A stretch of 64,000 nt of DNA from the NCBI GenBank assembly GCA_000004985.1, contig GG738847.1, one strand, 5' to 3'. This DNA is from Naegleria gruberi. Lineage: Eukaryota. Under the pieces are notes generated by a model. It did no database searches and was not told the origin of the DNA. It saw only the letters and a program-made list of their open reading frames with translations. Within the stretch, counting starts at the first letter, position 1. Each line of letters opens with the position of its first letter. The position numbers and the translations under genes are program-made. Shown one piece after another: positions 1 through 11,200 of the stretch.

Positions 1-18
1 AGCTTTTCTCCCATCAGG

Positions 19-360
19 ATGTACCTTCCACTTTCTGATGTCTATCAATATGAAATTCAGAATGTTTGTGGAAACAAGTCAGAATCTTCATTCCTTGTAG
101 TTTGTAAAATAATTTCTGCAGATAATAATTATAATGTGGCTATGGAACCTTACATGATGTTCCTAGTTGACCCAATGAAGAATAAGACAGAAAAGATAGA
201 ATGTCCTTTTTATGGAAAATCTCAGTGGTCGATCAATAACGTACAACTCACCCAATTCTTTTCCATATTGGTTGTAAATGAAGAGCCAAGTGAGTGGTTT
301 ATGAAACGACTAATTTCATGTGAAAAGTGGAGAGATATCACCATTTTCACAAATGATTAA
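19..360 (+). CDS. hypothetical protein, possibly an internal or terminal exon of a gene that starts upstream of the window
   Basis: Continuous 113-aa ORF beginning at ATG 19. It is immediately preceded by tctcccatcag, which looks like an acceptor. No recognisable domain. Confidence 0.25.
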   Translation: MYLPLSDVYQYEIQNVCGNKSESSFLVVCKIISADNNYNVAMEPYMMFLVDPMKNKTEKIECPFYGKSQWSINNVQLTQFFSILVVNEEPSEWFMKRLISCEKWRDITIFTND

Positions 361-394
361 AGTTAATGTCCATGTTTTATTTTCCTTTTGAACC

Positions 395-2002
395 TTATCT
401 TCTCAATCTAAAGTCCTTAGTTGTGGATTCTTTTGTGAGAGAAACAGAAGCTTTCAAAGGAGAATAACCCTTAGCTGTAATTGTCAATTCATAAGTCTTG
501 TTTAAGGCCAAGAATAAGTAATAACTTCCAAAGTAATTAGTCTTTCTACTTTCGCCAGCTTTCCAAACAATTCCAGAAACCTCAATCAATGCATTTTCGA
601 TAGGTTTACCAGATTTTTCATCATAGATATGGCCACGAAGAGGTATTGGTTTGTAAGCAAAGTGTTCAAAGAGAGAAACCAATTGAACTGCCTCACTAAC
701 AGTTTCATTGAGAGGTGGTTGATGAGAATGCATAATTTCTACAAGGAATGAATAGGAAGTATATTCCTTAATTTGATGTTCCTGGTGTTCACCATCTGAG
801 GATGGTACTCTAAGAGCATAACCAACCTTAGTGGCCAATTCTTGTCCCAAACTTTTAATGTAATCTTGTTGGGCATTGTTTGTACAGGTATATCCTGTAA
901 GAACTTGTCTACCAGAACTGTGGAAATCCAATACTTTGGCAACTCCTCCAATTCTCTTAGTGAAATCTCTGATGGCAGATGTTTCAATTTCAGAGAATGC
1001 GTTCTTGCCCTTATAAGTGTCCATGTTAGGACTTCCATTTCCTGCACAACTATTAAAACCTAAATCATAATTTCTATTCAAATCAATTCCAAAAACAGTT
1101 GTTCCATTGACAACACCAGCAACATTTCTGTTCTTTCTCCAGAAATTATTTGTTGTAAATACATATTCATAACCATCAACATTAACAACTGGAATGAAAT
1201 AGAATTGATTAAATTCCAATAAATCTTCCCAATTTGGATCCGATAACAATTTTTCAATCATAGCAATATTAGTAATAACAGTGTTAATTTCTCTTGAGTG
1301 ATGAGCAGATACAACAAGAATATTTGGAACATCTCTATTCTTTTCTACATTTTTAGAAATTTTAACACCAAAAATGTGACGATTTTCAAAAGTTGGTTTG
1401 GTTGTAATTTGAATCTTTTTAACCTTTCCTGGATATCTCTTTTCAAGTCCACTCAAATAATTATTAACTTGATTTAAATTTGGATATCCTTCAGGAACTC
1501 TATCAAATCCACTATAAACCTTCAAAACATCCCTTTTCAATTCTGGATCCATCTTTGCAAGAGTAATTGTAGATTTTTGCATAATATCAGCTTCATCACC
1601 ATCCTCCCCCTGTTGATTATCACTCAATACACTCTCACTCATACTTCTTGAATTAGAATAAACAACTTTACAATTATCCTTATAATAAGCCAACAATTGT
1701 TTCAATTCCTCATCTCCAATATATAAATAAACATTTGTTCTCGTTGCAGAGATTACATTAAATCCACATTTCATAAAACGATCTCCAACTCCACTCAATT
1801 CCTGCTCACTAAACAAACCTGTCAAGGAAATTTGCACAATATATTGGAAATTATTACTTGATCCAACACTGACAGGAATTTTGTCATCGCAATATACTCT
1901 ATCAACAGTACATGCGATGAATAAAAACATGACAATGAAAAATAGGCTCATCCACCTCTTCGAAGAAGATGTTTTGTTTCCTCGTTGCGCCACCATCATC
2001 AT
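395..2002 (-). CDS. M14 zinc carboxypeptidase (carboxypeptidase A/D-like) with a C-terminal transthyretin-like (carboxypeptidase regulatory) domain; secreted
   Basis: A 539-aa ORF with the M14 HxxE zinc motif (VSAHHSREI) and a C-terminal transthyretin-like fold (GHIYDEKSGKPIENALIEVSG...ELTITAKGYSP). Its N-terminal hydrophobic signal is MSLFFIVMFLFIAC. The track start at 2014 is TTG; the first ATG is a few codons downstream. Confidence 0.8.
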   Translation of the reverse strand: MMMVAQRGNKTSSSKRWMSLFFIVMFLFIACTVDRVYCDDKIPVSVGSSNNFQYIVQISLTGLFSEQELSGVGDRFMKCGFNVISATRTNVYLYIGDEELKQLLAYYKDNCKVVYSNSRSMSESVLSDNQQGEDGDEADIMQKSTITLAKMDPELKRDVLKVYSGFDRVPEGYPNLNQVNNYLSGLEKRYPGKVKKIQITTKPTFENRHIFGVKISKNVEKNRDVPNILVVSAHHSREINTVITNIAMIEKLLSDPNWEDLLEFNQFYFIPVVNVDGYEYVFTTNNFWRKNRNVAGVVNGTTVFGIDLNRNYDLGFNSCAGNGSPNMDTYKGKNAFSEIETSAIRDFTKRIGGVAKVLDFHSSGRQVLTGYTCTNNAQQDYIKSLGQELATKVGYALRVPSSDGEHQEHQIKEYTSYSFLVEIMHSHQPPLNETVSEAVQLVSLFEHFAYKPIPLRGHIYDEKSGKPIENALIEVSGIVWKAGESRKTNYFGSYYLFLALNKTYELTITAKGYSPLKASVSLTKESTTKDFRLRR

Positions 2003-2702
2003 CGTTGTGTTCAACCAGCTGTAGCAAACGGTCCAGTACAGTCAGCGTGCTATTTTTTTTTAAAGATGTTTTTGTTCTTGTTCGGTTATGATAATCATTT
2101 CTATTGTAACATTTTTTGTTTTGAAAATTTGGTTTGTAATCAGATGTGATATTTTGTTGGATGGTTCAGTTTCAAACTTTGTTATTTGAAGGAAGAATTG
2201 TGAAGAAGATTACTTGTTGGAAGGTTGATTGTAAAGGTGATGAGGGTTGCAAAGAAGTTTTTGGTAAGAGTTGTATAATTAATTAAGGATGATGAATATT
2301 AAGCCATGTATTCATTTAAATTCATTATCAAGCAGACGAAGATAACATGGGATTACAATAGGCGTTTTCTGCATCTTTCTGGAAATGGTAACAAGTGCCG
2401 CTTGGTTCAAAAAAATGACCGTTACACATTTTAAATTGCAAGTCGTTACAAATTTAAATTACCACCGTTGACACCTAACCAATACAGCAAACAACATCAT
2501 TCAACAACCATACTACCAGTTGTACAACTCTCACAACAAACCAACATCAATCCACTCACTCCCTTCTCTCTATCATTTTGAGTGATTTGCAAGTGTTGAT
2601 CAATTTTTGCGGATCGCTTGCTCTCTTCATTATCAAATCTTCATATTGAAGAGAAATGAATTAATTTTAAATAACAGCCTAAAAAAAAGCATCTCTAACC
2701 TG

Positions 2703-4873
2703 ATGAGTAACAAGCAACAGTCGTTTTCTACAACGACTATGAATTCACCTATGGTTATTGGCTCGTCTACGACTGGTAGTGGTGGTAGTGGTCCTATAAC
2801 CATGATGATGATGAATAGTAATAGTAGTACTAGTGGTGGTGGAGGTAATAATTCATTGGTGAGTAGTTTGGTTGAACGTTCTACTACACCCTCTAATATG
2901 GGATCTAAGAAGAAGAATAAGCACCAGCTAATGCTTGATTCTTTAAATCGTTCTCCAATACACTTTTCTTCTAATACATCTACGAGAATAATAATAATAA
3001 CAATAATAATAATACTACTACTTCCTATTATAACATACAACAAATTTCACCCAAACTACAAGCCACTTATCATCAACAACAACAACAACAAATACTCACT
3101 CCTATAAAGACTCAAACACAAACACGTATTCAACAATACTTTAACAAGAATAACCAGAGAAGTAATAGTGCTGGACTCATTCAACTCCGACCTCAAAGTA
3201 GTAATTCGAATAATGATGAAAATTCTTCACCAATACAAAGCAAACAACAATCAAAGCCTACTAAACAAGCATTGACTACAACTATTGTCAATACCTTGGA
3301 TGGTTTACTTGTAAATAATAACAAGGAGAATGTATCTCCAACAACCCTAGGCACTACTAAATCTTTATCAGATTTAAAAATCTCAAAATCAACAACACAA
3401 CAAGAATCTAATACTCCTTCAATTACTACTCAAGAAGTACCAAGTATTCTCACTCCAACAACAATTGAATCACTCATTCTAAGATTTATTTCTAATGAGA
3501 CTCCTGTTATTAATAAGAAGATAACTAATGCATTGAGCAGCAGTGAAGAAAATTTGATCAAGTTTTTCAAATTGGTAACAGATCCACTTTCTTTGGGTGT
3601 TCACAAGAAGGAAACTCATGCCTTTGGTGAAAGATTTATTCAAGTTATATTTGCTGCAACAGGCACATTTGAAGAGTTAATTTCTAATAATTTAACTCTA
3701 ATTTTGAAAGAATTGTGCCATACATTTATTTCTGGTAGATTATATCATGAACAATTGATTGTAAAATTGATCAAACAATTGTATGATGTTTATAGAACAA
3801 GGGTACATACTGCCATTCGCATGAATAATTTAATGCCATACTTTGCACACATTACCTTTTTAACAAATTTCCTTGTTAAAGAAGTGATTCCTCTCAACAA
3901 TAGCAAATTGTATGAAGAAAAACTCAAATTCCTCGAATACTTTTGTAACAATTCCACCTACTGGAAGTTGTCTGATACAACAGTGTTTGTTGATTTATGG
4001 GAACAATCAATTATTCTAATGCAAGAAAGTAGTTATACTACCATGTTCCAAAAGATACAAGAACTCTTATTTTCTAAAGTTATTGACCAATGGTTTGATA
4101 CTGTTAGAAAGAGAGATTCATACGAGCAAGGTGTTGAATACTTGCAACTTTTAAATAACCTAGTGCGAGATACAAGTAATTCTTCTTTAGAAGTGATTAC
4201 AAACTTTCATTTTAAACTTTTGAAGAATCTTCTTGACAAACGATTCCCAATCATGGTTCAAATCCTTCTTGAGGATTTTAACAATAGATCCCATCAGTAT
4301 GGTGTTAAGCTGTCTGCATACAATATTAGAAATAGATTTACAGCTCTAAGATTAGAATTAGTTCATTTGCTTACATTTGTTGTACACTTTTCATATTTGG
4401 ATTGTATTGAAAAATCTGTTTTCCAAATGTATCCTCTAGAATCTAGTCAAATGATTGCAATTTTAACAGAGTATTTCTTTACTTACAATCACTGTAACGT
4501 TTATCATAACATTTATTGCATTCTATTCATGGAAGTTATTTTCAGAAATGAGGGCAATATAATCAAGTACTTTTTGGAAAAGTTCTTCTTTAGATCCGTC
4601 CAACTATATGAGAATAGATTAAAGGTTGATCAATGGGGCCATACTCTCCAATTGTTAAACATGATTAGATTAAGTTCAAAGTGTTCAGATAAGGAAGCAG
4701 AAATTAACAAATTCCTCTCCAAGCAAACAGAATGGAAACAATTCGAAGAAATTATCACTCAACAAACTCTATCTATGGAAGGTTTCTCTGATATTAGTCA
4801 CATTAATATTGGTTCTCCATTTGCTGAAAGATTTGGTTTTACAGAGTTTGATTTGTGTAAGTCTTCTGAATAA
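2703..4873 (+). CDS. SAPS-domain-like protein (SIT4/PP6 phosphatase-associated regulatory subunit family), with a low-complexity N-terminus
   Basis: ATG at 2703; the track ORF 2607 starts at TTG. There is a frame change near 2996-3000 inside an (aat)n repeat, and the downstream frame is open from 2999 to 4873. The pattern EYFFTYNHCNVYHNIYCILFMEV...QWGHTLQLL resembles the SAPS core (FFHYVFNNFLHAQVEV...GYMGHLTRV). I recalled this from memory and did not search. Confidence 0.45.
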
Positions 4874-5122
4874 ACAAATAAGATGTTTGAGTAATTTCAA
4901 TTATTATCCTCAATGTTAGAATATAATGAAATTGATTCGTCCTCCAAATTTCTATTCATAGGAAGAAAAGTGCTAAAAAAGAGATTTCAGTAGTTATTAA
5001 CTTCAGTTCTCTCTGTAAATTATACAACCTCATTATCTCTAACAGTAGTTTATTTTGATACCCATCATTACTGCTCATTAATATTCTGTCAACAACTCTA
5101 TTAAAAAAACAAAACAACAACA

Positions 5123-6129
5123 ATGCTTTCATTCACTAAGAGTAGATTAGTTGTTCAGCCAATCATATTACTCGCCTTTATTCTTACCATTTCCGTATCT
5201 CACTTTATTGTTGGTCAATCAACATTTACCAACAATTTTAAACAAGCAATCAATGCAGCCACCAACGAGTACAGTCAATCAAAGGAATGGAATTCATTCC
5301 AGGCAAGTCTTGGTTATATTTTTCAAACACCTACTTGTACCATCAGTGTCAAAGATGCTGTCTACCCTCAAATATTTAATTGGACTTTAAATGAGCTGGT
5401 TCTATGTTATGAAATGGAAGCAGTTGATCCATTCCCACGAATGCATGAATATGCTGGTCAATTACTTGTCAAGACTTTGAAAAATCATTACAATATTACA
5501 AATTTGAATGCAAAATTCTTAATTATCAATACTACTGAATTGGGATACTTTCCAACAATGAAAAATGCAGTAGATAGCGCAACTTGCCATGTTGCTATCG
5601 CCTCCACAAATTACGAGGAGAGCAGAAGTAATCAAGTTGAATTTCAATGTAAGTTTGATCTTTTGACTTTCTAACAAATCTATACGAAGGTCCATACGGA
5701 GCTAGTTTTACAGGAATATTGAGATCTGAAAGAAGTAATGGTTCACTAGTCATAAACACACCCTCTGACCTCAATAAGGAGGGTGTACTTATTGCAGCTC
5801 CATACATGACCATCGGTTATGAATATTCGAAAGTTAATTTTCCAAAAGCCACCATTTTATCTAACTTTGGATATCAAACAGCTTATCAAATGGTTATCAA
5901 TAAGGAAGTGCATGCTCTGATTGGTGATTATATTGAAATTAGTCAGTGGCTCCTAAGAACAAAGGCAAATTGTACTTCATGTTATGTTAAAATTTCAGAT
6001 TCTTCAAGAAGTTTCGGTTCTTTTATTTCAAAAGGTCTATTAACATCATCATCAAATAATGAAGTAGACTTGGTCACTCTCTTTAAATGTATCACACTTT
6101 TGTTAATTACCATATTTATAACATTATAA
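5123..6129 (+). CDS. secreted hypothetical protein (two exons)
   Basis: ATG at 5123 followed by a signal peptide (MLSFTKSRLVVQPIILLAFILTISVS). Exon 1 is 5123..5648 with a GTAAGT donor at 5649. A 41-nt intron spans 5649..5689, and exon 2 is 5690..6129 with phase conserved (…EFQ-C-PYGASFTGIL…). Confidence 0.5.
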
Positions 6130-6211
6130 ATATGGAAACCAATTATTCGAAAGCGAATTAAAAAGAAATTAATATTTAAAATATATATCACATAATCTCT
6201 TAAAAATATAT

Positions 6212-6390
6212 AGAACTTGGTACGTTTCGATCGTACGACCAGGAGGCTATTCTTGGTCTTTAGCTTAAAGTTTGATCTCAATCTCCTTCTCCTGACATTT
6301 ACCATTTGACCGCAGGAGTGAGGAACCATTCTACCACCAAACAACTTGGGACCGTTGGGATCCTTGCTCTCCCCACTGAGCTACAAGTTC
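6212..6390 (-). ncRNA. tRNA-shaped Pol III gene with a ~110-nt insertion between the D-arm and T-arm, a non-canonical anticodon region, and an initiator-type T-loop (ATCGAAA)
   Basis: The minus strand reads GAACTTG-TA-GCTC-AGTGGGGA-GAGC-A-AGGATCCCAACGGTCCC-[~105 nt]-GTACG-ATCGAAA-CGTAC-CAAGTTC-T. It has a perfect 7-bp acceptor stem, a canonical A-box/D-arm, a perfect 5-bp T-stem with a B-box-like TCGAA core, and an oligo-T terminator (fwd 6202-6206). No canonical 7-nt anticodon loop with U33 or R37 can be drawn. Confidence 0.4.
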
Positions 6391-6533
6391 TCCTGATAGA
6401 CACATAAGTTTCGAATAGAAAGTTTAGTATTACAATTCTCCACACTATATTTTGGTTTTAAAAATATTACAATAACTTTCCCAATTTGAAAAAACACGTA
6501 TTTTTCAAGACAACGAAACTGATTACAAAAAAA

Positions 6534-7028
6534 ATGTTAGAAACCAAAAGACTCAAACTTGTATTTCCCTCAATTTTCATTCTCTCCCAAGTTTTATTGT
6601 TAATTTTCATTATTGGATTTTCAAATGTTGTAACATGCAATGAAATTAAAAAGGAAACAACTGGAAAATGTTATTATGAGATATTGGGTTTAACTAAGGA
6701 AGCTTCAAAACAAGAGATTAAAAAACAATATAGAAGGTTAGTTGTGTTGATATTTAAAAAATTCGAATAGAAATTGTGAATTTCGAATAAAAGATTGTCG
6801 AGATGGTACACAGTTCCTTATATGGATAGATTTGTGCCAGCAAATGAGAGAGAAAAATATGCCCAAGAATATTTACCAATCATGAAAGCTTTTACAATTC
6901 TTTCAAATGACGAAAAGAGAAGAAAATACGATCATGATGGAATAATTGAAAATGATTACATTCCACAAAATGAATTTACTTTCGAATTCTTATTCAATAA
7001 TTTCCACTTTGATAAAAAGGAAGAATAG
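6534..7028 (+). CDS. ER-targeted J-domain-like (DnaJ-like) protein with no recognisable HPD motif (two exons)
   Basis: Signal/TM segment (MLETKRLKLVFPSIFILSQVLLLIFIIGF) followed by J-domain helices I-II (YYEILGLTKEASKQEIKKQYRR). The donor is GTTAGT at 6737, phase 2. In-phase acceptors lie at 6792-6793 or 6828-6829. Exon 2 carries helices III-IV (EREKYAQEYLPIMKAFTILSNDEKRRKYD). No His-Pro-Asp tripeptide appears in any frame. Confidence 0.55.
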
Positions 7029-8060
7029 GAGAAATTTTAGAGTTAATTAAATTGTTTATAAATTATTCAAAGATGGAGTTTTAGAATTCCAAAAATGGAA
7101 CAGCAGTCTGTTCTAGTAATACTTTTTGTTTCTTCGTTTTGGTTTTGGAAAAATGGAAATACTTAGCTAGAGGGTAAGAGATCCAATACTTTATCGACAC
7201 TTAATCCAACTTCACACAAAAAGTCAGTGTCCTCCTCAATTTAGTCCTGCCAATTAAAAAAAAATAGAATTTTCAATGATGAAACAATGCCTGTGTTGAA
7301 TGTGAATCTACAAGTTCTGTTCACTGATATTCTTTTTTACTGATTGAAGGAACAATTCCAAACTTTTCACGTGCATTAAAGAACACTTAATGAAGCAATT
7401 CCCATTGGTGCTTTACAATTTCTGTGACAATCAAAAATTAAAGAATAAGTTGGATTAAATATTAAGGAAGAAATAGAAAACTAAAGGGGTACGTATGGGC
7501 AAAAAAGCGTTTTATTGTAATTAGAAGATTTAATAATAAGGGCCAAAAGGAACATTACAACCCATCAAAACAACTTTCAAAATAATATAATTTCCTATTT
7601 GAAAACTACAATTATTCGAAAGTATATCCTAAACATTAAATTGTAAAGGATTCCATCAAAAACCACCAAGAAACTACAATGCCATCTACAATCATGGAAA
7701 ATCACTTTGAAAGTGTTATTGGAAACTTCTCACTTGTCCTTCTCAGATTAACATTCCATTCGATGAACTAAATTGTTACGATAGCTGATGACATTCGTGT
7801 CATTATAAAAAAAACAAGACGAATCTCTCTGCTCACTACGCACAAGAGATCGTCCATAGTAATACACAAGCAGCAAGAACAAAAACACTTTGGAAAATCA
7901 AATTGTCTACTGCTTCGATTCAAATCAACAATAATAATATTGGAAATTTAAATACAAATCTGTGATATTTTCCTGATTTTTCCAGAGAATTATATTACAA
8001 TCATAATCATAATAATCAACCATTATTTACCTATTGCAACAATAATAACAATAATAACGG

Positions 8061-10114
8061 ATGAGGATAATATCTTCCGAGTCGATGAACAAAAATAATG
8101 CCATGATGTGTAGTGGTGAGTCGTACTCAGCATCGTCACAATTTTTTTCCCTCCAAAACCACTACAATAACCTTTCCAGCCCAAGAACAACAAGATGCTG
8201 TAAAAAAGAGAAGAAGAGCAATGGTGCTGCTACAACAACTACTACTGCTAGTAGAACAGGAGGAAAAGGAGCCTTCTCCTCGGGATCTGCTTCTATTCAT
8301 CATTGGTTATTCATTGCATTGATGATTGGTTTGATGGTACTTTTTAGTGAGGTTAATAGTGTTCAGGCTAATTCATTAGTGAGTAATTATGAAATGATGA
8401 GTGATGCTGTTGGATTGAATGGAGGAGTGATGACTCTTGCTACTTATCAGAGTCAAAATTCTTCATCATCAATTAGAGTGGGAGGATATATTACAAATTA
8501 CAAAGTATTTATTGGACGTAATTGTACTCCAGAAACTAATGAAAGAGATTGTGGTGGATTGGAAGCACTTGTTTGTATTGATAATAAGTGTTCTTTTTGT
8601 ACAAATTCATCTCAATGCTCCGAACAAGTACACAACATTTATTCATGTCACAAAAAGGGAAATGACAATATTTGTGAACATAAGGATTTATTTGAATATG
8701 TTTCTTGGATGGATATTTTGGCAACAATTACTTGTTTTATTGGTGGAGTTCTTTCAGCTGCTTCAGGTACTGGTGGTGGTGGTGTTTTCGTTCCATTACT
8801 TCACGTTGCTGGTCAATTCCCACCTACCCTTGCAATTCCAATTTCAACATTGATGATTTTCGGTGCTGGTATTATCAATATTGCAACTTTGAGTTTCAAG
8901 AGACACCCTCACGCAGATCGTCCACTTATTGATTATGATATTGCTTTAATGATGGAACCTCCAACATTGTTGGGTACAATTATTGGTGTGTTCTTTAACA
9001 TGATGTTCCCTGATTGGCTCATTGTCGTTTTTGTTATTCTTACATTGAGTATTACCTCGTTTGTCATGTTTAAGAATGGTTACAAGAGATTGAAGAGAGA
9101 AAATGAAGAGAGAAAGAAATTGGAGGAATCTACAACTGAAGAAAATCATAATGATAATAATAATCCAACCACTGTCTATGATGGTGTCGATGGAGATGAA
9201 GAAAGTTTGTTAAAGGTTGAACAAACTACCTCCAATATTGTCGTTGCTGAAACCTCTGATGAAATTAAGATTGAACATCAAAATGAAGATCAACAAAGTG
9301 ATGATGGTGTTGGTTATTCAACAAGATCTATCGAGGAACAAAAAGAATTGCAACAAATGTATGAATCTGAAAAGAGAACACCATTTGGAAAGGTTATTGT
9401 CTTGTTTATTTGTTGGATGACTGTCTTTACATTGAGTTTGTTGAAAGGTGGTCACGGTGCTCCATCCATTATTCCTAGTGTTACACAATGTAGTGTTGGT
9501 TATTGGATTTTGACTGCATTGAGTTTCCCATTGCTTGGAGCAATGACTTTGGGCATTGTTTTCTACTTGTTGAAGAAACACGAAAGAAAGGTTCAAATTG
9601 GTTATCAATTCGTTGAAGGAGATGTTCATTGGAATAAGTACAATGTTACTCTCTATCCTATTGCTTGTGTTGGTGCTGGTATTTTGGCTTCCATGTTGGG
9701 TATTGGTGGTGGTATGGTCAAGTCTCCACTTTTACTTATTTTGGGAAGTGATCCAGTTTCTTCTCAAGCCACCACATCTTTCATGATTCTCTTCACATCA
9801 TCTATTTCTACTGTTCAATATTTGATTGCTGGATTATTACCTGTTGATTATGGTTTGTGGTTTTTGGCATGTGGTATTTGTAAGTAATTTTTTTATCAAG
9901 CAAATTCTAAATGATTGTATAAGTGTGTGGTGTATTTGGTCAATTGATTTTGGACTTGTGGTTGGACAAGAGTGGTAGAAGATCTATTATGATTTTCATT
10001 GTTGCAATTGTTACCCTTGCTGCTACATTCTTGATGGGTGGTGCTGGTATTTATGATGTTGTCAAACAAGTTGAAAAGGGTGTTTATATGGGATTCAGAT
10101 CACCATGTCTTTAA
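8061..10114 (+). CDS. TauE/SafE (TSUP, DUF81) family membrane transporter with an N-terminal Cys-rich extracellular region (two exons)
   Basis: ATG at 8061. Two TSUP half-repeats carry GxGGG motifs (GTGGGGVFVPLL and GIGGGMVKSPLL). A 44-nt intron spans 9880..9923 with a GTAAGT donor and taag acceptor. Exon 2 (9924..10114) keeps the frame (…WFLACGI-L-CGVFGQLILDLW…). Confidence 0.7.
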
Positions 10115-10339
10115 ATTATTGCCTTTTTGATAAGGTCCATTTGTAAATTGTCTAAACTTGCTCCATTGTTGTGGGGTACTAAATACTGAGATATCCTTAC
10201 TTTGCTAAACTAAAGTACATTATTTTATGATAAGAATTTAAAGTATTTCATTGTCTGTAAATCCAACATTGCCAAAGTCGCTGAGGGCTTAACAGCTGAT
10301 GAAGCTTCAGCAAAACCCTTAAGTTTAAATTACCATGAA

Positions 10340-10412
10340 GCCGACATAGCTCAGTTGGGAGAGCGTAAGACTGAAGATCTTAAGGTCCCTGGTTCGATCC
10401 CTGGTGTCGGCA
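10340..10412 (+). tRNA. tRNA-Phe (anticodon GAA)
   Basis: GCCGACATAGCTCAGTTGGGAGAGCGTAAGACTGAAGATCTTAAGGTCCCTGGTTCGATCCCTGGTGTCGGCA. It is near-identical to eukaryotic cytosolic tRNA-Phe, with a 7-bp acceptor, a GAA anticodon in CTGAAGA, and a T-run terminator (tttttattt) at 10420-10430. Position 51:63 is a T:T mismatch in the T-stem. Confidence 0.85.
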
Positions 10413-10439
10413 TAATTTTGCATTTTTATTTCCTTCGTT

Positions 10440-11021
10440 TTATCTTGTACAAAATTTAACACCTAATTCTGAGGGATGAGACTGTAAATCATCGAATTTA
10501 AGTGGACATTTGAAAATCCATTCACAATTTTCAATCATCTCATCATGTTTCGATTGAACAAATGTTGGAATGTCCAATTTGAATTGAGAGCCATGTAATT
10601 TCACATGTTGCATTCTTCTCCTCAGTAAATGCTGCCAGTTTTTAACATTTAACGATTTTTCAAACCTTGGATAATAACTAAACACCAAAGGTTTCCAAAT
10701 TAATTGCTGAACTCTTTCAAAACTTTCGTCTACAGTTTCGTAATCTTTTTCAATCACATTCTTTTCCACATTAAAAAATAATAATAACATTCTACTATTA
10801 CACAATGCCAAACTATTCAACAGTCTCACATCCATAAATTGTCCAATGTGAACAATCAACTCGGAGGGCAAATCCAACAATTTCACATTTCCAACAATAC
10901 AAATTTGATCTTTTCCATCACATGATGGGGGTTTGTTATTTTCCACTTGCGAAATATCATCACTAGCCTCCACAACACTGCTTTTTGAGAGATTTTTAAA
11001 AGGGTTCTTAAATAATGGCAT
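10440..11021 (-). CDS. hypothetical protein with an F-box-like segment
   Basis: A 193-aa ORF with ATG at 11019-11021. It has an F-box-like LLDLPSELIVHIGQFMDVRLLNSLALCNSR. Confidence 0.45.
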   Translation of the reverse strand: MPLFKNPFKNLSKSSVVEASDDISQVENNKPPSCDGKDQICIVGNVKLLDLPSELIVHIGQFMDVRLLNSLALCNSRMLLLFFNVEKNVIEKDYETVDESFERVQQLIWKPLVFSYYPRFEKSLNVKNWQHLLRRRMQHVKLHGSQFKLDIPTFVQSKHDEMIENCEWIFKCPLKFDDLQSHPSELGVKFCTR

Positions 11022-11200
11022 TTTTTTTAAAGATTTTTACAATGAACTTTTTCTAGTCAACCAGAGCAACAAGAGAAAAACTTCACAGTTTACAATCTTC
11101 ATGGTTGAAAGTAAATAGAAGAATCGCACAATTAGAACTATTGAAAAGGTTCCAAAGCCTTGTTTGCATTCAAAGCCTTCACTAAAAACTTTACAAAAAA

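Noticed and set aside
739-1063. Short ORFs (739..1047 -, 842..1063 +) nested inside the carboxypeptidase gene
   Set aside because: They are out-of-frame or antisense to a well-supported conserved CDS and have no domain. They are typical ORF-finder noise.
2633-3043. 136-aa antisense ORF (ILVDVLEEKC… with II/VV runs) opposite the SAPS-like gene N-terminus
   Set aside because: It is the reverse-complement reading of Asn/Thr/Ser codon repeats. Low-complexity antisense frames are routinely open in AT-rich genomes.
5982-6344. 120-aa minus-strand ORF overlapping the tRNA-like element
   Set aside because: It is Arg/Lys-rich junk translation of AT-rich intergenic DNA plus the structured RNA locus, and it starts at a non-ATG codon. 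The tRNA-like features explain the region better.
6200-6400. Interpreting the tRNA-like locus as SRP (7SL), U-snRNA, RNase P/MRP or tRNA-Sec
   Set aside because: There is no match to the U1/U2/U4/U5/U6 conserved 5' sequences as I remember them. I could not find 7SL helix-8 AGCA/GNRA motifs. The stems are not tRNA-Sec 9/4 geometry and there is no TCA anticodon. An acceptor, D-arm and T-arm together are specific to tRNA-type molecules.
8113-9786. Multiple 60-140-aa alternative-frame ORFs inside the TauE/SafE gene (8113..8322, 8437..8853, 8705..8932, 9217..9420, 9598..9786 and minus-strand ones)
   Set aside because: They all overlap a continuous, domain-supported 608-aa frame. None has independent domain support.
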